Source: Candidatus Iainarchaeum sp.
GTDB taxonomy: Archaea > Iainarchaeota > Iainarchaeia > Iainarchaeales > JAZDEL01
Direction of reading: 5' to 3'
NCBI GenBank assembly: GCA_043820655.1
Contig: JBDRDO010000059.1
Span: forward strand, 1-55,949
Length of the DNA stretch: 55,949 nucleotides
The notes beneath the pieces were generated by a model. The model did not search any database, had not been told where the DNA came from, and was given only the letters and a program-made list of their open reading frames with translations. Within the stretch, counting starts at the first letter, position 1, and every line of letters starts with the position of its first letter. The position numbers were made by a program, and so were the translations under genes. Below, in pieces: positions 43,763-53,870 of the stretch.

Positions 43763-44896
43763 CTATTCCGCCCTGAGCGCATCAACAGGGTCCATTTTCG
43801 AGGCGGCATATGCGGGATAAAATCCCGCGAAAACGCCTATAAACAGGGCAAAGAAAAAAGCCTGCAGAATCAGCGCAGGGCTTACCAGTGTTGTGAGCCC
43901 TGCAACATCCTGTATAAGGCCTGCACCTATAATTCCAAAAATAATTCCCAGTATTCCGCCGAAAATTCCTATAAGCGCGGATTCATAAAGTATCATTTTC
44001 ATTATGTCGTTATTTGTCCAGCCCACCGCTTTCAGCGAGCCTATTTCCTGAAAGCGCTCAACAACACTCATCAGCATTGTGTTGAGGATGCCTACGCCGG
44101 CAACAATTGCCGCGATTGCCGCAACCGCCCCGACAAGGAGGCGGAGGCTGCCAAGCACATCCCCGATCTGACTTGAGAAATCACTCGCCGAGCGCGCCAT
44201 CAGGTCATCCCCGTATTTGAAATTAATTATTTTTGCTATTTTCTGGTCGTCTTCGGGGGTGCGGAGTGAGAGGCTGTATTGTGTCACTTTTCCGTTTGCA
44301 AAGCCGACCAAATCGCGGAGGTCATCAATCGGCATTATCATTACGGTGTTAAGGATTGACGAGCCTGTTTCATACGTCCCCATTATTTTGAATGCCTTGC
44401 CGTTTATCTTAATCCTGTTCCCGACAAATTTGTCATTGTCCTCGGCATACTGCTTGGAGATAAGGACTGCCTTTGTGTCGCCTGCCTTGAGCTCCCTGCC
44501 GCTTACAATCTCTCCCGAAAAGCCCGCGGCGCCTTTCATTTTTTGCCCTTCAAGACCGATGCCAATAAGCCTTGTTGGTACGCCGGTCAGGCTGCCTGAT
44601 TTCCCGTCAACTGAATTTGCAAGCGCAACTATTGTCGGCACCGCCGATTCAACGCCGGGAATTGCCTCAAGCTTTGATCCATAGGATATGTCAATTTCGG
44701 AAAAAATGCCGATCTGCCCCTCCTCAAATATTGTGACGCCCTGCATGTTTGAGAATGCGTTTTCAACTTCCCCCACCATGCCGTCCACAACCGATACCAT
44801 GGTTATTATTGCGGCAACGCCTATGACTATTCCGAGAAGGGAGAGCACCGCGCGGCTCTTATTTCTGAAGATATTCAAAACAGCGACCTTTATCAT
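43763..44896 (-). CDS. ABC transporter permease, FtsX/MacB type
   Basis: N-terminal TM, large extracytoplasmic domain, and a C-terminal FtsX 3-TM bundle (EIGSLKAVGWTNNDI). Confidence 0.8.
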   Translation of the reverse strand: MIKVAVLNIFRNKSRAVLSLLGIVIGVAAIITMVSVVDGMVGEVENAFSNMQGVTIFEEGQIGIFSEIDISYGSKLEAIPGVESAVPTIVALANSVDGKSGSLTGVPTRLIGIGLEGQKMKGAAGFSGEIVSGRELKAGDTKAVLISKQYAEDNDKFVGNRIKINGKAFKIMGTYETGSSILNTVMIMPIDDLRDLVGFANGKVTQYSLSLRTPEDDQKIAKIINFKYGDDLMARSASDFSSQIGDVLGSLRLLVGAVAAIAAIVAGVGILNTMLMSVVERFQEIGSLKAVGWTNNDIMKMILYESALIGIFGGILGIIFGIIGAGLIQDVAGLTTLVSPALILQAFFFALFIGVFAGFYPAYAASKMDPVDALRAE

Positions 44897-44911
44897 GGAA
44901 TCACGGCAGGA

Positions 44912-45604
44912 TTATTTTTTCACGCGGCTCTTAGACCTGATTGAATCTATTTTTCCGTCCTTTAAATGGTATTGCCTGGTTGCATAGCGCAGCAAATCCT
45001 CATCATGCGTTACAATCACAAAAGTTTTGTTTTCCTCCTTATTGAGCCTGCGCATCTCGCGGACAATCTTGTCGCCTGTTGCGGAATCAAGATTGCCTGT
45101 CGGCTCGTCCGCAAATATTATTTCAGGGTTGTTTATAAGCGAGCGCGCTATTGATACGCGCTGGCGCTCACCCCCTGAAAGTTCTGTCGGCTTATGGAAC
45201 ATGCGCTCGCCAAGACCCATCTGGCGCAGCAGGGCCTTTGCCTTTTCCGCAACCTCCTCGGGCTGGCGGTTTGTCGGTTCTGTAGGGATGATTACGTTTT
45301 CAAGCGCGTTAAGTGTGGGGATTAAATTAAATGCCTGAAAAACAAAGCCTATTTTCTCGCGCCTTATCATTGCAAGGTGCCAGTCCTCAAGCACTGATAT
45401 GTTCCTGCCGCCAATATGGACCGAGCCGGACGTGGGATGGTCCAGTGCGCCGAGAATGTGCATAAGCGTGCTTTTCCCCGAACCGCTGGGTCCGACAATA
45501 ATCACGAAGTCCCCCTTATTTATTTTCAAAGAAACCCCCCTGAGTGCGTGCACAGTGGTTGTGCCCATTTTGTACTGCTTGGTTATGTTTTTGGCTTCTA
45601 TCAT
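44912..45604 (-). CDS. ABC transporter ATP-binding protein (MacB/LolD family)
   Basis: Walker A GPSGSGKST, signature LSGGERQR, Walker B IIFADEPTGNLD. Confidence 0.9.
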   Translation of the reverse strand: MIEAKNITKQYKMGTTTVHALRGVSLKINKGDFVIIVGPSGSGKSTLMHILGALDHPTSGSVHIGGRNISVLEDWHLAMIRREKIGFVFQAFNLIPTLNALENVIIPTEPTNRQPEEVAEKAKALLRQMGLGERMFHKPTELSGGERQRVSIARSLINNPEIIFADEPTGNLDSATGDKIVREMRRLNKEENKTFVIVTHDEDLLRYATRQYHLKDGKIDSIRSKSRVKK

Positions 45605-45605
45605 T

Positions 45606-46742
45606 TTATCTCCCCCCTCTTATCGCATGCACAGGGTCAAGGCGCGAGGCGCGTATTGCGGGATAAACTCCTGCAATCAACCCTATAAGGAATGCAAAGC
45701 CGAAAGCCTGAAAAACCAATGGCATTGTTATTGCATAACTGAGGCCGAATGCCTGCTCAAGGAAAACATCCGCAAGGAAACCCAGGACAAGGCCGAAAAC
45801 CCCGCCAAGCATGCCGAGGAACATTGATTCATAAAGGATCATGCGCATTATGTCCAGATTTGTCCAGCCCACTGCCTTCAGTGCACCTATTTCCTTTGTG
45901 CGCTCCATTATGCTCATCAGGATTGTGTTTATTATGCCAATACCCCCCACTATTGCGGAAATTCCCGCAATGAAGAACACAAGCAGCCTGAAGTTGCCAA
46001 GTACATCCCCCATCTGGTCTGAGAAGTCTGAAGACGTGTACGCCTCAAGGTCATCCCTGAACCTGAAGTTTATTTCCTGTGTAACGCGCTTATCCATGGA
46101 AGGGTCGGTAAGGCTCATGTAGAAATCGTTCACCTTATCGTCAGGAAATCCCGAAAGGTCGCGTGCGTCCTCTATGCTCATCACAACCATGCTGCCAAGC
46201 AAATCCGAGCCTGCACGGTAAATTCCCTTTACCTTGAATTTTTTCCCGTCAATCTTAAATGTGCTGCCGGGGAATTTGCTATATTCGTCCGCAATCTGAT
46301 TGCCAAGGACAACGTATCCGGTGTCGCCCGGGCGCAGGAATGCTCCCTGCTCTATTTCCCCGACCCATGGATTGCCGCCCATTAAGATGTATTTTCTGAC
46401 ATCAAGGCCGTATATTGCGGTGCTCATCATGTTTGAGACTGAGCCGCCCTCCAGCGAGGATGGGACAATCCATATCTCAGGCATTACATATTTGACACCC
46501 TGCACTGATTTCAGTTTTGATTCGTATGAGGCGTCAACCTTTGAGAGGGTCTGGTCAAGGGCGTCCTTTTCCATCACATAAACGCCCTGAAACTGACCTA
46601 TGACATCATTTATTTCACCATAAATTCCGTCAACAATTGAGACAAGGACAATTATTGAGGCAACGCCTATGATTATGCCAAGCAATGCAAGGCCTGTGCG
46701 GCTCTTCCTCCTGAAAAGGTTTAGAAAAGATAACTTAATCAT
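45606..46742 (-). CDS. ABC transporter permease, FtsX/MacB type (second copy)
   Basis: Same architecture as 43763..44896 (EIGALKAVGWTNLDI). 1-nt spacing to the ATPase gene. Confidence 0.8.
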   Translation of the reverse strand: MIKLSFLNLFRRKSRTGLALLGIIIGVASIIVLVSIVDGIYGEINDVIGQFQGVYVMEKDALDQTLSKVDASYESKLKSVQGVKYVMPEIWIVPSSLEGGSVSNMMSTAIYGLDVRKYILMGGNPWVGEIEQGAFLRPGDTGYVVLGNQIADEYSKFPGSTFKIDGKKFKVKGIYRAGSDLLGSMVVMSIEDARDLSGFPDDKVNDFYMSLTDPSMDKRVTQEINFRFRDDLEAYTSSDFSDQMGDVLGNFRLLVFFIAGISAIVGGIGIINTILMSIMERTKEIGALKAVGWTNLDIMRMILYESMFLGMLGGVFGLVLGFLADVFLEQAFGLSYAITMPLVFQAFGFAFLIGLIAGVYPAIRASRLDPVHAIRGGR

Positions 46743-46763
46743 AAATATTCATTGGGCTGGGGG

Positions 46764-47993
46764 CTATGCCTTACGCATTGCGAGCTGCCTGAAGACCATC
46801 TTTATTATGAAGTAGAGGAGCACGAGAATAATTACTATCAGGATAAGCAGGCCTATCGGCGATTCTGCAGGGCGGGGGTGTATGTAAAGATCTATACTGG
46901 TCTGGATTTTCTGTTCCTCGTTGAGCTCATCACGATAGGTTATGAGTATAGGGACATTGCGCTCGCCAAGTTCTGCGGTCGGGCTGACAACAAGCGTGAA
47001 AAGGCCCGAGCCTGAATCATCATCATCAATGTTCCCGACATAGCTTTCAAGTATGCCCTCTATCCCGGCATCAGGAGATAGCGCAACGCGTGTTGCCTTT
47101 GCCGTTTCCTTGCCTATATTGTCAAGCTGCACCGACAGGGTGAGCGTGTCCGCCTGCATTATGCGCTTGTCATCCCCGCGGTTCTCTATTGAGAAGTCAA
47201 TTCCCGAAATTATAAGGTCGGGCCTGCCAAACAAATCAAAGGAAAAGGACTGTTTTGCGGAGGAACTGCAGTCAAGGCAGTTTGCGTCTATTTCAAAGAC
47301 ATATGTCTTGGGCGCGCCCTTGTCGGAAGCCTTAAGGGAGTAACTAACCGGCTTTGATTCATACGGCCCGATGTCGCCGAGATCTACGATTGTGTCGGAA
47401 AGTGAAATAAAGGGATCTAGGGTGCTGTTTGTTTGGGGCCTCAGGTTAACACTTACGTTCCTTGCCTCGCCGGAGCAGTTGTTTGTCACTTTCGCCATTA
47501 TTCTGAACATCTCATTTAAGTGGGGGGCATATGTGTCAAGTTTAACATCCCCGACATCAAGGCTGTAGCATTCCGTAACCAGGAGATCTGCGTCGTAGCT
47601 GTGTTCCACGGCATCATTGCCGTTTTTATATTTCAGGTTCACTGAGAACTTGTATGTTCCGGGATACGCATTCTCCCTTACCTTGAAGCGGAATACCGCG
47701 TTTTTCAGGGAACCGGGATGTATTGTGCCAAGACCCTCCTCAACATGAATTGACTCAAAATAATTCTCATTAAGGGAAAGTGTGGCAATAACCTCCTTTG
47801 CAGGGACGTTGCCGGATGTGCTCTCAATCTGCACATTGAAATTTACCGTATCTCCCGCATAAACAGTTGCAGGATTCTGTGAAAATGTATTAGCCTTAAG
47901 GAGCGTATTGTACGACTGTGCACCGGCTGTGCCTGCAATAAGCAGAAGGAGCATTGCAATTGAAAACAAAAATCTAAACTTATTGCCTTGCAT
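46764..47993 (-). CDS. secreted repeat-domain (CARDB/COG1361-like) protein with a C-terminal TM anchor
   Basis: Signal peptide LFSIAMLLLLIAGTAGAQS. About three ~110-aa beta-sandwich-like repeats (..V.N.G...A.NV.V.L..). C-terminal TM plus a basic tail. First gene of the ABC operon. Confidence 0.7.
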   Translation of the reverse strand: MQGNKFRFLFSIAMLLLLIAGTAGAQSYNTLLKANTFSQNPATVYAGDTVNFNVQIESTSGNVPAKEVIATLSLNENYFESIHVEEGLGTIHPGSLKNAVFRFKVRENAYPGTYKFSVNLKYKNGNDAVEHSYDADLLVTECYSLDVGDVKLDTYAPHLNEMFRIMAKVTNNCSGEARNVSVNLRPQTNSTLDPFISLSDTIVDLGDIGPYESKPVSYSLKASDKGAPKTYVFEIDANCLDCSSSAKQSFSFDLFGRPDLIISGIDFSIENRGDDKRIMQADTLTLSVQLDNIGKETAKATRVALSPDAGIEGILESYVGNIDDDDSGSGLFTLVVSPTAELGERNVPILITYRDELNEEQKIQTSIDLYIHPRPAESPIGLLILIVIILVLLYFIIKMVFRQLAMRKA

Positions 47994-48089
47994 TACAATA
48001 TAAAAAAGCGCAATTAATTTAAATACGGCACTATGAATGCGTGATGAAAGGTATAAATATTAGTTCAGTTCATAGTTATTCGTGATTAA

Positions 48090-48830
48090 ATGAAGCGTGT
48101 TGCCACAGGCGTTAAGGGGCTTGATGATTTAATAGAGGGCGGCCTTCCCGAGGGCAGGTCTGTTCTGCTTTCAGGGGCGTGCGGAACAGGAAAAACGATA
48201 CTTTCAATGCAGTACATATACCACGGCGCGAAGCAGTATTCCGAACCCGGGGTTTATGTGACACTTGATGAAAGGCCTGATTTGATACGGCAGGATGTGC
48301 TCAGGTTCGGCTGGGATTTAAGGAAGCTTGAGGATGAGAACCTAATGCAGATTGTTGACGGGAGCATTGCAAAACTTGGGCTGCCTAGTGACGAGGAATT
48401 TTCAATGCCTGCAACAGGATTTGACCTTGATAAATTGCTGCTTGAGATAATGCGTGTTTCGAAGAGAATAGGGGCAAAGAGGGTCGTTATTGACAGCATT
48501 CCTGCGCTGGGATTTAATTTTGAGAACGACAATGATGTGCGGAAGGCGATACTGAAGCTTAGTTATATGCTGATGCGCACGGGGGTTACTTCAATACTCA
48601 CTTCGGAGGTGCAGGAGGGCGAAAACAAGTTCGGCAAGTATGGAGTAGAGGAGTATGTTGTTGACGGAGTCATAGTTCTGCACTATGTGGGAATTGGCGC
48701 GCAGAGCAACAGGACTTTACACATAAGGAAGATGCGGGCAACAAACCATTCCGAGGATCTGCACCCGATAAAAATAACAAACAAGGGAATGGTTGTGCAC
48801 AAAATAGAGGAAGATTATAAGGACACTTAA
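48090..48830 (+). CDS. KaiC/RecA-superfamily single-domain ATPase
   Basis: V.TGV.GLDDLIEGGLPEGRSVLLSGACGTGKT (Walker A), Walker B VVIDSI, and a KaiC-like C-terminus (R.L.I.KMR...H). Confidence 0.8.
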   Translation: MKRVATGVKGLDDLIEGGLPEGRSVLLSGACGTGKTILSMQYIYHGAKQYSEPGVYVTLDERPDLIRQDVLRFGWDLRKLEDENLMQIVDGSIAKLGLPSDEEFSMPATGFDLDKLLLEIMRVSKRIGAKRVVIDSIPALGFNFENDNDVRKAILKLSYMLMRTGVTSILTSEVQEGENKFGKYGVEEYVVDGVIVLHYVGIGAQSNRTLHIRKMRATNHSEDLHPIKITNKGMVVHKIEEDYKDT

Positions 48831-48842
48831 GTTAAGCGAAAA

Positions 48843-49901
48843 TTAGAGTTTCCTGTTTATAAGGTAGTCCGCGAATTCCTTTAATTTTGCCTTTGATTCA
48901 CTTTCATCAATAACGGGATTGAGGCGGTTCCATGCATCTGAAACAAGGTCTGCCGCTGTTTTGCGCGCGTAATCAGCGGAGCCCTGCGTTTTGATAATTT
49001 TAATTGCCCCTTTTATTTCATCCTTTGTGTTTTGCCTTGAGTTCAATATTTCAAGCAGGCGCGCACTTTCGGCTTTCGGGGCATGCGCAAGGGCGTGTAT
49101 TGCAAGGAGGCTGCGCTTTCCCTCCGCAATATCCTCCCCTGTTTCCTTGCCCCACCCCTTTGAGGGGAAGAGGTTAAGGATGTCATCCTGTATCTGGAAG
49201 CCCGTGCCTATTGTTGCCGCAAAATCGCCCAGCGCCTGCACTTTCTTCCCGTCCGCGCCTGCGAGAATTGCGCCGAGCTTTGCCGCAAAGCTTGCAAGCG
49301 TGCCTGTCTTATAATGGCACATTTGCAGGTACTGCTTCTCACTTATCTCGCCGCCCTTCCCATTGTGCCAGTATATGTCCATTGCCTGACCGAATGAGAG
49401 GCGGAGCATTTCCTCGGAATAAACGTCATAGATTTTTACACGCATTTTGTCGCCGAGGTTTTTTGTGTTGCGGTAGAGCAATACTGTCGGGAGGAAGTAA
49501 AGGAGGTTTGCGTCGTTTATTGCGAGGTCCGCCCCATATATTTTATGGGTACATGGCTTTCCGCGCCTTAATTCCGCGCAGTCCTCCACATCATCAACCA
49601 TAATTGTTCCGTTGTGAACAAGTTCCGGGAGAACTGCGAATTCCTCAATGGATTTTGGGTCGCCGCCTGCCGCGCCGCAGGAAAGGAACATAAGTGCCGG
49701 CCTCCACCTCTTTCCGCCCCTTGAAAGGAAATCCCAAATGGGTTCGGCTACAGCGGCGTTTGCGGTTTTTTCATCAGCGTGAAATTTTGCAGGGCCGAGC
49801 GCAAAGTCCAGCCAGTCCTTGCCTATTTTTTTCGGGAAGAATTTCTCTATCTGCACATCAACAAGCCCGGCGATATCCTTCAGGCATGGCTCAACAGCCA
49901 T
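48843..49901 (-). CDS. idsA: polyprenyl (geranylgeranyl) diphosphate synthase
   Basis: First DDxxD (MVDDVEDCAELRRGKP) and second Asp-rich motif (FQIQDDILN). Confidence 0.85.
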   Translation of the reverse strand: MAVEPCLKDIAGLVDVQIEKFFPKKIGKDWLDFALGPAKFHADEKTANAAVAEPIWDFLSRGGKRWRPALMFLSCGAAGGDPKSIEEFAVLPELVHNGTIMVDDVEDCAELRRGKPCTHKIYGADLAINDANLLYFLPTVLLYRNTKNLGDKMRVKIYDVYSEEMLRLSFGQAMDIYWHNGKGGEISEKQYLQMCHYKTGTLASFAAKLGAILAGADGKKVQALGDFAATIGTGFQIQDDILNLFPSKGWGKETGEDIAEGKRSLLAIHALAHAPKAESARLLEILNSRQNTKDEIKGAIKIIKTQGSADYARKTAADLVSDAWNRLNPVIDESESKAKLKEFADYLINRKL

Positions 49902-49902
49902 G

Positions 49903-52098
49903 CTACCGCCTCCTTTTGCGCATAAGGAAGAATATTATCACTCCCGCAAGTACCGCGGCTATAAGCAGGAGGAGCACTATCACAACAGCGCCTACCCCTA
50001 AAATAACCATGCCCTGATCCATCTGCCCGCCGCCAAAAATAGCGGAAAGGTCAATTACGGGAATCTGCGGCAGCGGGAACTGCATTGTGAATGACGCACC
50101 GTCAACCTGCGCGGAATCGTCAAGCACTATCGGGGGGGCTGTGAACTTATTTATTGTGTCCGCCTGCATCATTGCGTCCGCCTCTTCTTTTGTAAGCTGT
50201 TCAGTAAGGGAGTAATTAATTGTGATTGTTTCGCCGGGGTTTATGTCCTGCCCTGAAAATTTTATTATCGGGTCCTCGCGGAGCACTGAAAATTCCTCTC
50301 CCGATGAGAGCAGGGCTGCGCGCATTGCAAACTCCTTGGGAACAACCTCAATTACATGCAGGCGCACGGCACTGCTTTCATTGTTTGTTACGCTTATGCG
50401 CACCCTTGCCTGGAAATAGGGCTGTGCATCCTGCGCCTGGCTGCTTACCTCAATAATTTCCAGCTTCCTTGTTACAAGGCTATTCTTAACAAGTTCCGCG
50501 GACTGCTGTGCAAGGTCCGCGCGAAGCCCGGTGCCCTGCAGAAGCGGCAGAATCTGGCTCTCGGTGAAAATATATGCCTTTGAGCCCGTGTTCCTTGTTG
50601 TGAAAAGTGCCTCTGCCTTCACATAGGTTGAGGATGCTATTTCCGCAAGTTCCTGTGCGCGTTCATAATCAAGGCCTTTTTCAAATGATGTCTGTGCTGC
50701 CGAGAGGTTTGCATCCGCCCACGAAATCAATTCGCTGAAATAGGGAGTAAGGACCATTTCCTTGTTGAATGCCTTTTCCTTTTCCGCGGCGGAACTTTGT
50801 GCAGCCTCTGCCGAGGAAATTGCTTCAGATGCCGAGGTGCGAACGAGATGCATGTTCTTGAGGGTTATGGAAATGTGCGGCGTTTCCGCGGAATTTCCGG
50901 CCTTGTCAGCCACTGTTGCTTTGAGGGAGTATCTGCCATTTGGGGAGTTTGCCGTGTTCCAGTCATAGGAGTATTTGCCGCCATTCTGCTGGCTGAGCTT
51001 TGTTATTTCAGTCCAGCTGCCTTCAGTTCCATAGTAAAATGTGACGCTTTCAATGCCGGAGCTGAAACCGCCGCCATCTGAAGCCTGCGCGGAAAGGGCA
51101 AGCATGCCGGAAAAATAGCCCCCCTCAGCGGGCGCCGTGAGGGTTATTTCTGGGGGCACGGTGTCATAAGGGAATGTAATGCTCTCATTACAGGGGTCAA
51201 ACTGGGAGTCTTTTGACTCTAATGAAATAACAATATTGCCCTGTTTGGTTAGCGAGAGGTCGTAGCTCCTGCTAAGGGAGGTTATTCCCGTTTCTCCGCT
51301 TGCGAGCGCTGTTTCATTGCCGTCGGGGAGTAAGAGCGAAAGGCTTGCAAAATTAAGCGCCCCTTCAGAGGACAAGTCAAGATTCAATGTGTTTGCTTCG
51401 CGGTCCCAGTTATATGAGAGATTGACATTTGCACTGCAGTATTTTGTTGTTGAAAGGAAACGCTCCTTGCATACATTACCCTGCGTGCCTGTGTTGTCGA
51501 CTGCGGCAAGTATGTAATGGTATGTTTTACCCTCCTCCAGTTCAGTGTCAACGTAAGTTGTGCCTGTGTGGAGCGGCTCTATAAGGGCAACTGTTGAATC
51601 GCGGACGTCCACTATTATGAGGCGGCTTCTGAATATTTTGTAGCCTGCAACTCCGGAAAGCTCGTCAATTGCGGGGTCCCATGTCAGGGTTAGCTCGCCC
51701 TTCGCGGTGGCCTCTATGGCAAGGTTGGTTATGATGCCCGGCTTTGTCGTGTCTATCTGGGTTTTGAAATGCGCGGCATTGCCCCACTCCCCGCCTTCCT
51801 TTGCGCGGAGGTGGAAATGCCATGTGCCCTCCATCTTGTCGGAGGATTCGTATTCCAGTTCTGTTATGTTTTCTGAACTTTCGTCAGGCACGGTGTCAGG
51901 CTCGTGGTCTAGCAGGAAATAGTACTTTGCCGCGCCATCCCCTACCGCATTCCATTCGAATTTCATTTTTCCCGTGTGATACCATTTATCCTGCTCAGGG
52001 TGTGTTGAAGAAGTAATAGAGGGCGTTGCAAGTGCAATGCAGAAGGAGGGCAGAAGAAGGATTGCCAGAATCAAAAATATACATGTGCGCGCGTTCAT
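49903..52098 (-). CDS. large surface protein (731 aa): signal peptide, FN3/Ig-like domains, helical region, C-terminal TM anchor
   Basis: The signal peptide is CIFLILAILLLPSFCIALA. An HPEQDKWY...F.W......YYFLLD..PDT.P module is followed by an FN3-like LTLTWDP..DELSGVAGYKIFR. The C-terminus is VILGVGAVVIVLLLLIAAVLAGVIIFFLMRKRRR. Confidence 0.8.
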   Translation of the reverse strand: MNARTCIFLILAILLLPSFCIALATPSITSSTHPEQDKWYHTGKMKFEWNAVGDGAAKYYFLLDHEPDTVPDESSENITELEYESSDKMEGTWHFHLRAKEGGEWGNAAHFKTQIDTTKPGIITNLAIEATAKGELTLTWDPAIDELSGVAGYKIFRSRLIIVDVRDSTVALIEPLHTGTTYVDTELEEGKTYHYILAAVDNTGTQGNVCKERFLSTTKYCSANVNLSYNWDREANTLNLDLSSEGALNFASLSLLLPDGNETALASGETGITSLSRSYDLSLTKQGNIVISLESKDSQFDPCNESITFPYDTVPPEITLTAPAEGGYFSGMLALSAQASDGGGFSSGIESVTFYYGTEGSWTEITKLSQQNGGKYSYDWNTANSPNGRYSLKATVADKAGNSAETPHISITLKNMHLVRTSASEAISSAEAAQSSAAEKEKAFNKEMVLTPYFSELISWADANLSAAQTSFEKGLDYERAQELAEIASSTYVKAEALFTTRNTGSKAYIFTESQILPLLQGTGLRADLAQQSAELVKNSLVTRKLEIIEVSSQAQDAQPYFQARVRISVTNNESSAVRLHVIEVVPKEFAMRAALLSSGEEFSVLREDPIIKFSGQDINPGETITINYSLTEQLTKEEADAMMQADTINKFTAPPIVLDDSAQVDGASFTMQFPLPQIPVIDLSAIFGGGQMDQGMVILGVGAVVIVLLLLIAAVLAGVIIFFLMRKRRR

Positions 52099-52154
52099 TT
52101 GAACCCCTAAATAGTGGGGGCGGAAACTAATTTAAAGAGTTAGCCGTGCGGGCG

Positions 52155-53828
52155 TTAAAGCAGTTCTTTCAGGCGCGCGGTTACGCGTTCCTTTCCGAGC
52201 GCAATTATTAAAGTCCCTATGCGCGGGCCGCGTTCCTTTGCAAGGAGTGTAAGGTAAAGCAGTTTGAAAAGGTCGCGCGGCTGTGCGTTGTTCTGCTTTG
52301 CGCTTTCAAATACAATCTGCTGGATTTCATCCGCGGTTTTTGCCTTTGGGAGCAAAGAAAGCAGAGACTCAATTACAGGCCTTAATTCTCTTGCCGGTTC
52401 AAGCGCCTCTTTTGGAACGGCTTTCGCAAAGGAAACCTTAAATTCATCGGGGGCGTAATTTTCAACCCATGTTTTTGCGGAAATTAGTTTTTGTTTCAGC
52501 GCCCGCAGTTCTTCCGCAGAAGGGTTTTTTCCGAGGTGGCCTGTCTGTGCAAGTATTTCGGTTATTTTTCCCAGATCTTTTTCAGGATCCATTAATTGCG
52601 AGAGGAATGCCGCAAATGAATACGGGACCTGCACGGGCATTTTTTTGCCGGGCGTCCCGATGCGCGAGTTAATGTATGCGCGCTTTAACTGCTTTGCTAT
52701 TTTTTCGTTTTCCGCCTTTTCTTTGCCGTAATAAATGCGCTCCGCACGCTCATATCTTTCATTCAGGAGGATAAATGAATTGTCATGCAGGCTGAAGTCT
52801 ACTGCCTTCTGCGGGCGGTACGAGAAATTAAGGTAGCGGAACATTTCCGGCTGTGCCACGGTAAGCCATTCGCTGAGCGTGAATACATTTCCCACAGAGC
52901 CCGCCATTTTTCTTCCCCCCAGCAGGAGAAATTCCGTCGGGAACTGCAGCGGCGGGTTTGTTTTGAAAACTTCCCTGCAAAGGGCCCTGCCAACATCTAC
53001 ACTCCCGCCCTTTGAAAAGTGATCCTTTCCCCCGGATTCAAACGCAACATCGTGCAGCGCCCAGTGCGCAACCCAGTGCACGCGCCAGTGGAGTTTTGCT
53101 TTTCCGTTTAGCGGGGAAATTTTGGACTTATTCCAGCAGGAACAGGAGTAACTGACTTCCTTTCCATCCCATGAAGTTGCGGGCACAAGAATTCCGCACT
53201 TTTCGCAAATAACCTGCACGGGAACAAATGTTTCGGGCTTGTCCGCGCCCGCGACTTTGTTCCACACCAGCACAATCGCCTTTGCATTGTCCAGCGAGAA
53301 CTTAATCAGTTCGTTGAATTTTCCGCGTTTGTAGGTTTCGTAGGCGGAGATTATGTTTATTTCGCCGAGCCCGAAATTCGGGAGCGCTTCCCGCACTTCC
53401 GAAACAAAATAATCCGCCCAGCTTTTACTGCCCTTAACAGGAGATGGGGCGAGATAATATGGCTTTCCGAGGAATTCGTGCTCCCTTTCCTTCGTCACTG
53501 GAATTCCCGCGGGAATTTTATCTATTGGATCGAAATCATCCAAAATGAAATTCTGCCTCACCTTTGCGCCCTTTTCTTTCAGCGCGAGATAAACCGCATT
53601 GGGGGTGAATAGTTCCGCGCGTGCGTTCCCCAAATGCATATAGCCGCTCGGGCTCCACATCCCCTCGCAGACATATTCCCTGCGCTTCTTTTTCAGCATT
53701 TCCTCGGCTACATTGTCGGCCCAGAATGTGCTTTCGGATTCCTTGTCAGGGGCATGGGACTTGCCCTTTGCAATTGCCTTTTCAGCCACTTCGCCCTTTG
53801 CCGCGGCTTTCGCCTTTTGCCTTGCCAT
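52155..53828 (-). CDS. lysK: class I lysyl-tRNA synthetase
   Basis: PSGYMHLGNARAE (HIGH-like) and KMAGSVGN (KMSKS-like). Cys-rich insertion CEKCG...CSC. 557 aa. Confidence 0.9.
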   Translation of the reverse strand: MARQKAKAAAKGEVAEKAIAKGKSHAPDKESESTFWADNVAEEMLKKKRREYVCEGMWSPSGYMHLGNARAELFTPNAVYLALKEKGAKVRQNFILDDFDPIDKIPAGIPVTKEREHEFLGKPYYLAPSPVKGSKSWADYFVSEVREALPNFGLGEINIISAYETYKRGKFNELIKFSLDNAKAIVLVWNKVAGADKPETFVPVQVICEKCGILVPATSWDGKEVSYSCSCWNKSKISPLNGKAKLHWRVHWVAHWALHDVAFESGGKDHFSKGGSVDVGRALCREVFKTNPPLQFPTEFLLLGGRKMAGSVGNVFTLSEWLTVAQPEMFRYLNFSYRPQKAVDFSLHDNSFILLNERYERAERIYYGKEKAENEKIAKQLKRAYINSRIGTPGKKMPVQVPYSFAAFLSQLMDPEKDLGKITEILAQTGHLGKNPSAEELRALKQKLISAKTWVENYAPDEFKVSFAKAVPKEALEPARELRPVIESLLSLLPKAKTADEIQQIVFESAKQNNAQPRDLFKLLYLTLLAKERGPRIGTLIIALGKERVTARLKELL

Positions 53829-53870
53829 AATAATTCACTTAATATAACGGGAGTGGGGAAATAGTTAAAT

